A stretch of DNA of 64,000 nucleotides. It comes from a virus (lineage: Duplodnaviria > Caudoviricetes). The translations under genes and the position numbers were made by a program. Positions 7,275-16,259 of the stretch are shown here, one piece after another. Positions within the stretch are counted from its first letter, which is position 1, and every line of letters starts with the position of its first letter. The DNA lies in IMG/VR virus record IMGVR_UViG_3300021254_000020, positions 160,001 through 224,000 of that record; one strand, written 5' to 3'. The notes under the pieces were generated by a model, which was not told where the DNA came from, ran no database searches, and was given only the letters and a program-made list of their open reading frames with translations.

Positions 7275-9542
7275 TTACTCACATTTGCTCCAACCACAAT
7301 TACTGCAAGTCACACACTTTCCTTCAGGAATAAGTGTTTTCTTCCCGCACTCGGGACATACACGTTTAATCGTATCTTCCTCTTCCATATGAGCCTCCCC
7401 AATGTCTTGCTTCTTCATTACCAATTCAATAGCATCAGCAATAGCATTAGAGCAGGAGAGTGATACATCAAGTTCACCATTCCTACGAAGAAGCTGACAA
7501 GCAGGACATTGATTATTTCTCAGCTCATCTAGTACTCTAGTCAGTTTAACACCACTACGGAGTGATAAGGAGATCATACGAGTAATAGTGTTGATATTAG
7601 CCTGGCAACCACCGCTCGCATTAGTGAACACCTCAAAGATGTTCCCATCTTCCGTTTTATTAACTGTAACATACATAGATCTAGCACAGCTAGTACGTAC
7701 TCTCACTGTAGCACCTTCTACGTACTTAGTATTCCTACGACTAGGGGCATCGATACTATCATATGCAGGAACATATCCTTTAGGTACAGCTACCAGAGGC
7801 TCAGAGGTATCCTCATCATCCTTCTTCTTTTCTACACCAAGGATATTACCACGTTCGCATCCATCGACGAATACAGTGATACCTTTAAGCCCTTGTTTCC
7901 ATGCTTCCATATAGATCTCATAGATTTGTTCTTTAGTAGCATCATGGGGAAGATTAACAGTAGAACTGATCGCATTATCTACATACTCCTGAACTATGGC
8001 TTGTAGACGTACGCGATCCAAGTAAGGTACTTCATGAGACTCTATCAGGAACGGGAATCTCTTCTTAGCTTCTTCTACGCTAATACCTTCACAGTGATGG
8101 AATTTAAGAAGATCCTCTACACCACGAGCATATACCAAGAAGGTCTTTCCACTATCCTCCATGGAATGAGATGTACGTTCATAGGCGATCTTAAACATAG
8201 GTTCAATACCACCAGTATACTTACCAGCAAACAAGCTGATAGTACCAGTAGGAGCGATAGACAGAAGAGAACCATTACGAATACCATACTTCTTTATATC
8301 CCCATGCAGTTCAGGATAGGCTTGTATTTGAATAGACTTAAGAGTCTTATCAGCATCGAACTTCTTGAATGGTCCTTTAAGTTTAGCTAACTCAATACTA
8401 GTAATAAGAGCCTGCTTCATGAACTCATCCATTACGTCACTCATTAAGTGACGAGACTCTTCAGAACCATACTTGATTCCTAATGCTACGAAAGCATCAG
8501 CCATACCAAATATACCTAAACCAATGGAACGCCAATCATCAATAACCTGTTTGTTGAGTTCCAATGGTTGCATGTCTCTGCCGTAGTCTAATACTTCATC
8601 CAACATGCGTACTGCATAATGAACAGTATATTTCAAACGATCATAGTTGATATGAGCATGATCAGTAAACTTATCGTCTACCATTTCATAGAGATTAACC
8701 GAACCAAGATTACAAGAATTTCCTCTAGTACCAAAGTATTCGGCACATGGGTTTGATATATCTATTGTGTATTCAGGATATCCGCTCAGTAAATGAAAAC
8801 TACGCACACGCTCTATAAAAATAAGGCCAGGGTCCCCAAAACGGCGAGAGCACTCGCAGAATTCTTCGAAGAATTCTCTTGCATTGATTACGTTAGAGAT
8901 CTTTCCTGTCTCAGGAGAGTCAAAATGTAACTCAAAATCTCTATTTTCTTCTACCGCCTTCATAAATTTGTCAGTGAACTTGATACTGATATTCATAAAA
9001 GAGAGTTTCTCATTATTCTGCTTTACTCTGAGGTACTCATAGATATCTGGATGTTCGCAAGATAACCCGACCATAATAGCCGCCCTACGCCCGTTCTGTC
9101 CAATAACCTGACCTACTGTATCGAAGACATTAAGAAATGATACTGCTCCGCTGCTCTTTAGTGCTGAATTATTTACTCTTGCTCCTTTAGGACGAAGTGT
9201 ATCTATAGAAATACCAACACCTCCACCATAGGAGAAGATACGTGCCATATCCCTAGCAGTGTCAAATATAGATTCTATATTATCTTTGGGGATATTACCA
9301 AGAACATAGCAGTTGCTTGTACTTAGTTTACGTTTCCCCTTGTAGCCCGCCCCAAATAGAGTTCTACCTCCAGGTAAGAACCATGCCTTATCTAGTAGAG
9401 TATATGCATCATCCTTGATTTCATCACTAAAGATGCTTGCCAGTCTGGGAATGAACTCTTCTGGTTTCTCTCCTTCATGTAGATATTTACGAGTCATGAT
9501 TCCCATAGAGATTTCATTGTCATACCATTTCTTTTCACTCAT
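7275..9542 (-). CDS. nrdJ: class II (adenosylcobalamin-dependent) ribonucleotide reductase with C-terminal TSCPD-like and Zn-ribbon domains
   Basis: FLPGGR, SNCYV, GGGVG, RRAA, SNPCAE, SCNLGSVNL, IAPTGTIS, AISSTVNLP, GLKGITVF; C-terminal EGKCVTCSNCGWSKC. Confidence 0.92.
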   Translation of the reverse strand: MSEKKWYDNEISMGIMTRKYLHEGEKPEEFIPRLASIFSDEIKDDAYTLLDKAWFLPGGRTLFGAGYKGKRKLSTSNCYVLGNIPKDNIESIFDTARDMARIFSYGGGVGISIDTLRPKGARVNNSALKSSGAVSFLNVFDTVGQVIGQNGRRAAIMVGLSCEHPDIYEYLRVKQNNEKLSFMNISIKFTDKFMKAVEENRDFELHFDSPETGKISNVINAREFFEEFCECSRRFGDPGLIFIERVRSFHLLSGYPEYTIDISNPCAEYFGTRGNSCNLGSVNLYEMVDDKFTDHAHINYDRLKYTVHYAVRMLDEVLDYGRDMQPLELNKQVIDDWRSIGLGIFGMADAFVALGIKYGSEESRHLMSDVMDEFMKQALITSIELAKLKGPFKKFDADKTLKSIQIQAYPELHGDIKKYGIRNGSLLSIAPTGTISLFAGKYTGGIEPMFKIAYERTSHSMEDSGKTFLVYARGVEDLLKFHHCEGISVEEAKKRFPFLIESHEVPYLDRVRLQAIVQEYVDNAISSTVNLPHDATKEQIYEIYMEAWKQGLKGITVFVDGCERGNILGVEKKKDDEDTSEPLVAVPKGYVPAYDSIDAPSRRNTKYVEGATVRVRTSCARSMYVTVNKTEDGNIFEVFTNASGGCQANINTITRMISLSLRSGVKLTRVLDELRNNQCPACQLLRRNGELDVSLSCSNAIADAIELVMKKQDIGEAHMEEEDTIKRVCPECGKKTLIPEGKCVTCSNCGWSKCE

Positions 9543-9582
9543 CTTAAAACCACCTTTACTATAAAAAATATTTATCAGGTGC

Positions 9583-9930
9583 TCATACAGTAGTTTCAGT
9601 TACTAATTTATTTATCTTATCCCATAGAGTGGGATTGTTTTCTTTAGTTACAACGGTATTAGATCCATTAGTTAGGTCAACTTCAGTTACCCTATAGCCA
9701 TGATAGAAATGTTCTTCAAAAGAACTATTGTAGGTCACGTAGAAGATATCCTCTTCATTTGAATCTTTATTCATCCACTTATCCTTTATAGTAGGATCAG
9801 TGATATGCATCATAATCAGATCTAATAGATGATCCTCAGATGTAGCATTGTGGCAGAAAATACCAGGGAGGAAGCATGATGAATCTTCCTCTTTATAAGA
9901 GTATTTGGTTATAGTATATATCTTATCCAC
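9583..9930 (-). CDS. hypothetical protein
   Basis: GTG start with GGAGG RBS. Confidence 0.65.
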   Translation of the reverse strand: MDKIYTITKYSYKEEDSSCFLPGIFCHNATSEDHLLDLIMMHITDPTIKDKWMNKDSNEEDIFYVTYNSSFEEHFYHGYRVTEVDLTNGSNTVVTKENNPTLWDKINKLVTETTV

Positions 9931-10071
9931 TTCAAAACCTCCTATATAGTGTATTAATCATCTGTTAGTGAGAAAGTATAGTTTTACTACCGCTTTATTA
10001 GCCTAATTGTAGGTTATGAGCCTAAAATAAATAAAAAATAAAGCCGACCAGATATACCGGTCGGCCATACT

Positions 10072-10815
10072 TTATTTTCTCAAGGAGCGATAACGAGGTC
10101 TAAACTTACTATCTGACTCTGCATCTTCTTCAGTTATAGCAACTGTAGCGGTATGTTCAATAGTATCACCACTGCTGGTACTTGGTTTATTTTCACACTC
10201 AGCAGATTCGAGCTTATCCTGTTCCGAGAATGTATCGATCGGAGTTCCATCTGGCCCAACCATAGTGCGAGTTTCCATATCAAGTGGGAAATGCGGAGGC
10301 TCTGCATCACACTTCGGAATATCATTGCTATCAATCGGTGTAATCGGTGTAGAATATCTAACAGGAGTATGTTTAGGCTTCTGCTCCTCTTTATGACAGT
10401 CACAGTGATCATTACCACAGTTACATTTCTTCTTGGGGACAGTAGAGAATGCTGATGGGAAAAAGGAATGAGTCAGTGCATAGCTTAGCCTGTATATATA
10501 CTCTGAGAACTGAGCTTCGCTTACTAAATCTTTTATACGAACTTTTCGATATGCTATAGAACTAATATGTATTTTCTCAAAGATAGAGACTTTATATACA
10601 CTATGGTCTGACCCTACTATGTAAGCTACTGCATCTGTCTCTCTCTTATAGTAATCTGTAGGAACTAAGAACAAGTCTTTTTTATCAGTAATAGCCGATT
10701 TGACTAATGCGGCAAAACGTTGAGTGATATCAACCAATCCATCAAATTCCATAATAACAGGAGCTGATTCTTTGGTTGTATCAATCCTCTGGATACTGAT
10801 AATAATATCAAGCAT
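10072..10815 (-). CDS. hypothetical protein with a C/H-rich patch and disordered acidic tail
   Basis: ORF track; CNCGNDHCDCH. Confidence 0.7.
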   Translation of the reverse strand: MLDIIISIQRIDTTKESAPVIMEFDGLVDITQRFAALVKSAITDKKDLFLVPTDYYKRETDAVAYIVGSDHSVYKVSIFEKIHISSIAYRKVRIKDLVSEAQFSEYIYRLSYALTHSFFPSAFSTVPKKKCNCGNDHCDCHKEEQKPKHTPVRYSTPITPIDSNDIPKCDAEPPHFPLDMETRTMVGPDGTPIDTFSEQDKLESAECENKPSTSSGDTIEHTATVAITEEDAESDSKFRPRYRSLRK

Positions 10816-10839
10816 ACTATCTACCCCACATTCTCTAAG

Positions 10840-11055
10840 TTATGAGTTAACTACTTTCTTTTTCTTGTTATACTCCACTTTAGGAACACTTTTATTATAT
10901 TCTCGTCTCACCCATGCAGGAACTCTCTGTCCGTTATAGGTATCTTTACGACTCTCTACTCCGAAAGTGAATGCTTTAAATTCCATTAATCTTATCTTTC
11001 CTTTCTCATTATATAATAGGAGTTCTTTCCATTGTCGGTATTCGTTCCATACCAA
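10840..11055 (-). CDS. small basic hypothetical protein (start uncertain)
   Basis: ORF track; fills an operon gap. Confidence 0.4.
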   Translation of the reverse strand: MVWNEYRQWKELLLYNEKGKIRLMEFKAFTFGVESRKDTYNGQRVPAWVRREYNKSVPKVEYNKKKKVVNS

Positions 11056-11404
11056 CTATCATATTATCTAGTATCAATCTTAGAATATTCTCATTCTTTT
11101 TGATATCTATCGTTAGGGGAGATATTCTATTGCTCATACCCATCGTTATTAGATATAAAGCATGAGACCTATCTTCTAGATTGATATAATAATAGGTCTT
11201 GTTAGGATTATCTTTATCTTCTATAGCCCTATTAATAGAAGCTATGAGAAGAATAAGATGATGCTTTAGATTAAATACCATATTACTCGTGAGAGAACAT
11301 CTCACTTCCTTAGTATCTTCATCTAAAACAGTTATTGTTTTTAAACATTCGTCTTTAGTTATATCTAAGTATTTTTCAATCTGGTAATTCCAGTTGGGGA
11401 TCAT
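11009..11404 (-). CDS. hypothetical protein
   Basis: ORF track, ATGA coupling. Confidence 0.65.
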   Translation of the reverse strand: MIPNWNYQIEKYLDITKDECLKTITVLDEDTKEVRCSLTSNMVFNLKHHLILLIASINRAIEDKDNPNKTYYYINLEDRSHALYLITMGMSNRISPLTIDIKKNENILRLILDNMIVGMERIPTMERTPII

Positions 11405-11925
11405 GACACTTTCTCCATTAACACTTGGTACGCATGAACTTCATTCTTTATTGCTAACTTTACCACATCTAGATATGTCTCTAGACCATCAACGTATTCA
11501 CTAACTTCAGACTTGAGACCATCTAGTCTAGTCATTACATTAGCATTGTGAGGATGCTTCGTATACACATCAGCATACGTCTCCATAATCTTTTTCTTCA
11601 GTTCTATATAGGAATTCAGAAGAATAGAGTATCTATCTGCTATCTTCATCAATACATTACGGAATTCTTTATCCATAATAGATTTGTATAGCAGTAGTTC
11701 ATCTAGCTGAGTACCGATCCTCTCTGTACGTGATATTACATTTTTGATAGAAATATTGAGCCATAATCTACTATGATCACCGAATATAGGATCCACTTTA
11801 GTTCCTAATTTTCTTAGATAATAATCATGCTTCTTGTTATAAATAACGGATAGCTCTTCTATCCTAGCAGTTAGTTCATTATTTCTATCTTGTGCCAGTT
11901 TGATAATAGCCTCGTTAGGTACCAT
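11401..11925 (-). CDS. helical hypothetical protein
   Basis: ORF track. Confidence 0.7.
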   Translation of the reverse strand: MVPNEAIIKLAQDRNNELTARIEELSVIYNKKHDYYLRKLGTKVDPIFGDHSRLWLNISIKNVISRTERIGTQLDELLLYKSIMDKEFRNVLMKIADRYSILLNSYIELKKKIMETYADVYTKHPHNANVMTRLDGLKSEVSEYVDGLETYLDVVKLAIKNEVHAYQVLMEKVS

Positions 11926-11941
11926 CTATATCCCTTCTTCT

Positions 11942-12235
11942 TTATTCTTGGCCACTATATTTGCCGAATCTACCAATAATAGGATCTCGATATATTCCAT
12001 TCACTTCGTTAGGAATATCATCAAATACTGCTATATACTTATAGGGTGTTCCTATATCATTCTTATCATTATCCTTATCATCATACGATGCCAGATAAGC
12101 GAATGCCACTCTAGGAGCCACTTCCTCTAAATGTACTATAGTAGTATAAGTCATATCACTGGTAAGTTCATCTAAAAAACAGAACTCATCTCCAATGTGT
12201 AGTTGTAACACATCATCAAATGGCCGGTGTATCAT
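11942..12235 (-). CDS. hypothetical protein
   Basis: ORF track, AGGAG RBS. Confidence 0.65.
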   Translation of the reverse strand: MIHRPFDDVLQLHIGDEFCFLDELTSDMTYTTIVHLEEVAPRVAFAYLASYDDKDNDKNDIGTPYKYIAVFDDIPNEVNGIYRDPIIGRFGKYSGQE

Positions 12236-12250
12236 TGGTCACTATCTCCT

Positions 12251-12586
12251 TTATATTCGTATCCTGTCCTGACAATGGACATTGTTTAAGAAGTAATACA
12301 TTGATATCTTATGGTCTCTAGAATGAGAGAATACTTCTTTACGTTTTCTAAATCCCAATAGATTATTAATGAACTCATCTACATAGTTCATTATATCAAG
12401 CAATGGTTTTCTAATGTAAAATACTAACTTTAATCTAGATTTAGATAATCTCAGATTAATCGTTAATCTTCTACTATTACCATTGTCAATCAAAGCATTC
12501 ATGATAGTATCTCTAAGATATAGAGCATTAGCTCTTGTCAGATACTCATCTTCTACTTTGATATTTACTTCTTTCATAGATATCAC
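12251..12586 (-). CDS. hypothetical protein
   Basis: ORF track. Confidence 0.6.
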   Translation of the reverse strand: MISMKEVNIKVEDEYLTRANALYLRDTIMNALIDNGNSRRLTINLRLSKSRLKLVFYIRKPLLDIMNYVDEFINNLLGFRKRKEVFSHSRDHKISMYYFLNNVHCQDRIRI

Positions 12587-13104
12587 CTCAATGCGTGATT
12601 TCTCTCATTATAGTTTGGCATATATTTCTTGATCCCAGACTCAGATGTGATAAATTGTTTCGCCAATACTCTAATAGTAGCACTAATACAATCTAACGAT
12701 CTATCATCTTTCTGATCAAAATAGATTAACTTCGGTTTCTTTAGCCTCGCATCTACTACTCCCAGATAATGAGTAAACTCACTATCGAATATATCCAAAG
12801 CTATAATACTATCAGTAATGAAGTGTGGGTTTATTACACTAGGCTCAATACCCCTACTCTTCTTTACTAAAGCATAGAAGTCAAAAGTCATTAGGAACTG
12901 CTTCGCTAATGCCTTTTTCATCTTACGTACATTCGAGCTCAATATCTTGCAAAGCATTTCTTCCCCAAGATGCTCTACATCTGATGGAGACATAGATTGT
13001 TCGATAACTAAGTCTCCTAGGGTTGCTTTTCTGAAGTAGCAACCATTGTCTTTATTGTACTCGAACTTGTAGAAAGATAATAACTTCTTTTTATTTTCAG
13101 TCAT
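12583..13104 (-). CDS. hypothetical protein
   Basis: ORF track. Confidence 0.65.
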   Translation of the reverse strand: MTENKKKLLSFYKFEYNKDNGCYFRKATLGDLVIEQSMSPSDVEHLGEEMLCKILSSNVRKMKKALAKQFLMTFDFYALVKKSRGIEPSVINPHFITDSIIALDIFDSEFTHYLGVVDARLKKPKLIYFDQKDDRSLDCISATIRVLAKQFITSESGIKKYMPNYNERNHALR

Positions 13105-13121
13105 GATGCATAACCCCTTAA

Positions 13122-13637
13122 TTATACCTCAATCTCTATCAATCCCCTGTTACTAATAGACGGTTTTTCGCTAGCACTTAATAGATGAATGTAAGTAATA
13201 CCATCTACCTTTCTAAATTCCCCAGTGTAGATGATATTCTTAGGATATCCATTACGGCAATCTACCGTCATCAAGTCGATAGTCTTATTGTTTGGATTGT
13301 AGTCGTATGATACTACATTACCAATATTAACCACTCTAAACCGATTAGCACCATAATTAGTTCTTTTAATAAGTTTACCAGTATTGATGCAAGACTCTAT
13401 GATATTCTTCATAGCGATAGAATCATCATTCTCTTTCTTCTTGATATATCTATCAATATTTGGTTTAGGAATCTTATCATAAATAGACGTCTCTTCTAAA
13501 GACATAGTGTCTTTATTAATCTTTCTCTTATAGCCCTTCCCGTCAGTCATATGTCTGAACCGAAGGTCAATACCGTCTATTTTGGTAATGGGAGTAACTT
13601 TACACATATTGAAAATCCTTTCTCTAATTATACACAC
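13122..13637 (-). CDS. hypothetical protein
   Basis: ORF track. Confidence 0.65.
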   Translation of the reverse strand: MCIIRERIFNMCKVTPITKIDGIDLRFRHMTDGKGYKRKINKDTMSLEETSIYDKIPKPNIDRYIKKKENDDSIAMKNIIESCINTGKLIKRTNYGANRFRVVNIGNVVSYDYNPNNKTIDLMTVDCRNGYPKNIIYTGEFRKVDGITYIHLLSASEKPSISNRGLIEIEV

Positions 13638-13661
13638 ACAATCCTTTTAATATTGGTCTTC

Positions 13662-13784
13662 TTATTCTCTCTTCCTCTTATTTGGCTTAGAATAGAAAAC
13701 CCAATGAAATATTATACTTAGTATAATCACGCATAAAATGGAACTTACAATATTTCCTATTAGTATCAAGTCATCAAGCGCTAT
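13662..13784 (-). CDS. 40-aa TM peptide with ATA start
   Basis: GGAGG 8 nt upstream of ATA; (M)ALDDLILIGNIVSSILCVIILSIIFHWVFYSKPNKRKRE; early-type motif at 13836-13845. Confidence 0.45.
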   Translation of the reverse strand: MALDDLILIGNIVSSILCVIILSIIFHWVFYSKPNKRKRE

Positions 13785-13878
13785 TGTTATTACCTCCTTC
13801 TATATAGAATATGTGGCTATCCCCATACCATTATTATAGTATATAATAAAGTATAAGTTTAGCCACATATCCACACTA

Positions 13879-14114
13879 TTATCCTACATTCTTATACTTA
13901 GCCTTCAAAGCTTTAATTCTGCCTATCTGATTCTGATTATAACGACGTCTACCCATATGAATAAAGGATTCCAGATTAATTACCGTATCCTTAAACACAT
14001 TTACGTCATTATTAAACAGACCGTCATTACGAGAGATACAGAATGCATTTCTCGGAGAGTAGACAGCCTCACATGCATTATCAAAGGCCTTATTGAGAAG
14101 CAACTTAATATTTA
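13879..14114 (-). CDS. RNA polymerase beta-prime N subunit, exon 3
   Basis: Reads (L)NIKLLLNKAF...SPRNAFCISRNDGLFN in frame after the micro-exon. Confidence 0.85.
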
Positions 14115-14654
14115 ATATGAATAGGTAGAGACCATGATATTATCTCATCTCTTTCCCCTCATTCGAACGCAGCAAGCGACTTTCATCGCACTACGCTTTC
14201 CATCGAGTATTATCCCGACTAGAGACCATTCCTCCATTCCCGTTACAGGAACTTCTTAGGTTCGATCTCCGCTTTTCAGCATAGGTTAAGATGCTTATCT
14301 CCATATGGTTTCGTCATCAATCTAAATCGACCTATACCTTTCTTTCGTTCAGATAGACCTATCATTACATACATATCCTTAGGTGCCTACTTTATCTATA
14401 TATACCTAGATAGTACCTGTAATACTATATGGGTGTTCTCAACTGCCACCTTACTAACCCACAATACATATAGATTTTAATAGTAGATTCGTGTCCCTCA
14501 CCATAGATATCTTATTGACTCCCGGTTTGTTCAACCGACTTTACCGAGCTACTAACCCTGATCTTTACAATCAACGCTAGTCGGAGATTAGAGGAGATAC
14601 TTCTAGGCGTTACCCTATCATTTTATCTCTCGGTCTACCCACACAAAATCGCAC
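14115..14654 (-). mobile_element. ORF-less group II intron (540 nt)
   Basis: 5' GTGCG; domain V AGCGTAGTGCGATGAAAGTCGCTTGCTGCGTT (~14165-14200); domain VI ending CCTATTCATAT; EBS1 GGCAGT (14442-14447) pairs with exon end ATTGCC; removal restores the frame. Confidence 0.9.
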
Positions 14655-14670
14655 GGCAATCTCCATCATA
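14655..14670 (-). CDS. RNA polymerase beta-prime N subunit, micro-exon 2 (TAT GAT GGA GAT TGC C = YDGDC)
   Basis: Supplies the missing part of the catalytic DxDGD motif; bounded by the group II GTGCG; complementary to the group I IGS. Confidence 0.82.
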
Positions 14671-14716
14671 TTTTAGGCTCACGCGCCGCAATTAGGAATT
14701 TAATGCGACACGATTT

Positions 14717-15830
14717 ATGAACGTACATTACTAAGACTACAGTATTATTATAAACACATCATAATCTAAGGTTGTTATTACCCTTTTCGGTAAACCCTCT
14801 ATATAATTCAGGATAGTTCTTGGTTATATTTTTAAAGGTTCTTCCAGTTCTTATAAAGCTCAAACTAGTTATGAACTTCTTATCATATGGAACTCCAAGA
14901 GCATTGGCTATCTGCATAGAATCCCTTCCAGCTACCATCATCTGGCATATTCTATCAACCGTAGAACCATCCCAAGTGTATCCCGATATATCATAATCCT
15001 TAGATATAGATTTCCATCGTTTTCCTGTTCTAATATCAGAAACCAGAGCAGCAAAATTCATATTATATGGAACTCCAACAATCTTAGCTATATCTGGTGA
15101 TTCCATACCTTGAGTAAGACATTGACAAATCGTATGAATCATCTTATATTTTTCAGCATTTTTGTTTACTGATACTATATGATAATTCTTTGCAATATCT
15201 TTCCAAGCAGTACCATTTCTGATATTGCTAATTAGAACTATCCATCGTCTATCATAAGGTACACCAAATTTTTCTGCTACTTGTTTAGAACTAATATTTG
15301 GATCCTCTAGCATTTGACAAATAGCATGCTTCATCTCTAATGGGAAATTAAAGATATGATCTCTATTTACATCATCGCTCAAAGAATACAACACATTATT
15401 CTGATAATCGGTCCACATAAGATTATCGAGTTTATTATGATATTTTACCTCATCTTTATGATGAACTAACTGACCATAATATGGATCCGATGTATCAGTA
15501 AGAAAAGTAATGGCTACCATTCTATGAACAAGCATCATAGCATCTTCTAATCTGCATCTAAGATATCCTTCCGGTAAAGATACTGGGTATATTTTCATCT
15601 GAGTAACCCTATCATATACGTTTCCGTAATTACTAACCAGATATCTCGGATTTAGTGGGAATATCCTAAATTCCTCATTAAGATAATATCCTAAAGTAAG
15701 AGCTCCATTAGAATAATCACTGGCTTTGTATTTATCTTGATTTTCTGCACCTGGTATAAATTCTTCCATTATATCACCTCCTTTACTATATGATTATAAA
15801 TTAACTGTAGTCTTAGTAATGTACGTTCAT
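14717..15830. repeat. perfect 27-bp inverted repeat (14717-14743 / 15804-15830) flanking the HNH ORF
   Basis: ATGAACGTACATTACTAAGACTACAGT and its exact reverse complement. Confidence 0.95.
14759..15769 (-). CDS. intron-encoded HNH homing endonuclease with three C-terminal HTH-like repeats
   Basis: YLVSNYGNV, VHRMVAITF, VHHKDEVKYHNKLDNLMW; 3x ICQ..GVPY..IR.G..W/FK.I.K.Y; AAGGAGGT RBS. Confidence 0.9.
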   Translation of the reverse strand: MEEFIPGAENQDKYKASDYSNGALTLGYYLNEEFRIFPLNPRYLVSNYGNVYDRVTQMKIYPVSLPEGYLRCRLEDAMMLVHRMVAITFLTDTSDPYYGQLVHHKDEVKYHNKLDNLMWTDYQNNVLYSLSDDVNRDHIFNFPLEMKHAICQMLEDPNISSKQVAEKFGVPYDRRWIVLISNIRNGTAWKDIAKNYHIVSVNKNAEKYKMIHTICQCLTQGMESPDIAKIVGVPYNMNFAALVSDIRTGKRWKSISKDYDISGYTWDGSTVDRICQMMVAGRDSMQIANALGVPYDKKFITSLSFIRTGRTFKNITKNYPELYRGFTEKGNNNLRL

Positions 15831-16259
15831 CAACAATTATCTAACCTTTCGGCTACCATAGACTATATCAGTCCCCCAGCATTACCTGGTAGGGTGCTAG
15901 CACTTCGCTACTAGGATCGTCAATCCGTTCGCTACAGGGAGCTGATCCCCTTAGTCGTTGAACCCCTTTCGAGGATGCTGATTGCCGATTTACTTCTATG
16001 CCCTTAGCACAGTCTATCTCTCCCTAGAAGTTGGGTATTCTACAATAGATCTGCTTTTATTTCAGCTTAGGCTATCTTTAGGATTTGTTTCTACTTTCGT
16101 AGCATGCCTACTATATAGACGATGCACCTAAAGCTTTACGATGTTCCAGCAGTTCACTAGCTCTCACTCACATATTACTATATGAGCGGACCATGATTTA
16201 GAAATTGTCTAAATCGCCCTTTTTTGTAATTTAGGCTCGCGCCTTAACAAAATTAGGGG

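Larger units (their letters stand above)
14671..16259 (-). mobile_element. group I intron (IA-type core ~15840-16200) with an HNH ORF looped out in the P9 region; boundaries uncertain by 1-4 nt
   Basis: P2 hairpin, AACTGCTGGAA (P), AATCAGCA (Q), TTCAACGACTA (R), GATATAGTC (S), P3 GCTAG/CTAGC, P9 GAAA-loop hairpin; IGS ATCATGGTC at 16189-16197. Confidence 0.88.

Noticed and set aside
7275-9542. Intein or intron in nrdJ
   Set aside because: The ORF is continuous with normal motif spacing and no intein terminal motifs were seen
13879-14103. 74-aa ORF as an independent gene
   Set aside because: No RBS; it is the in-frame last exon of the RNAP subunit
14700-14711. GTGTCG at 14711 as the group II 5' end, or AAATCG as the group I omega-G
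   Set aside because: GTGCG at 14654 has matching EBS1/IBS1 and restores the frame; 14682-14712 folds as a P9-type hairpin, and splicing there does not rebuild DxDGD
16209-16259. C-terminal PLILLRREPKLQKRAI of the 462-aa ORF as the real protein end
   Set aside because: It is read-through into intron sequence; RNAP similarity stops at LAAD and resumes in the micro-exon
14671-16259. Translational bypass or DNA excision between the boundary repeats
   Set aside because: Either would leave ~10 extra codons or a frameshift inside the catalytic motif
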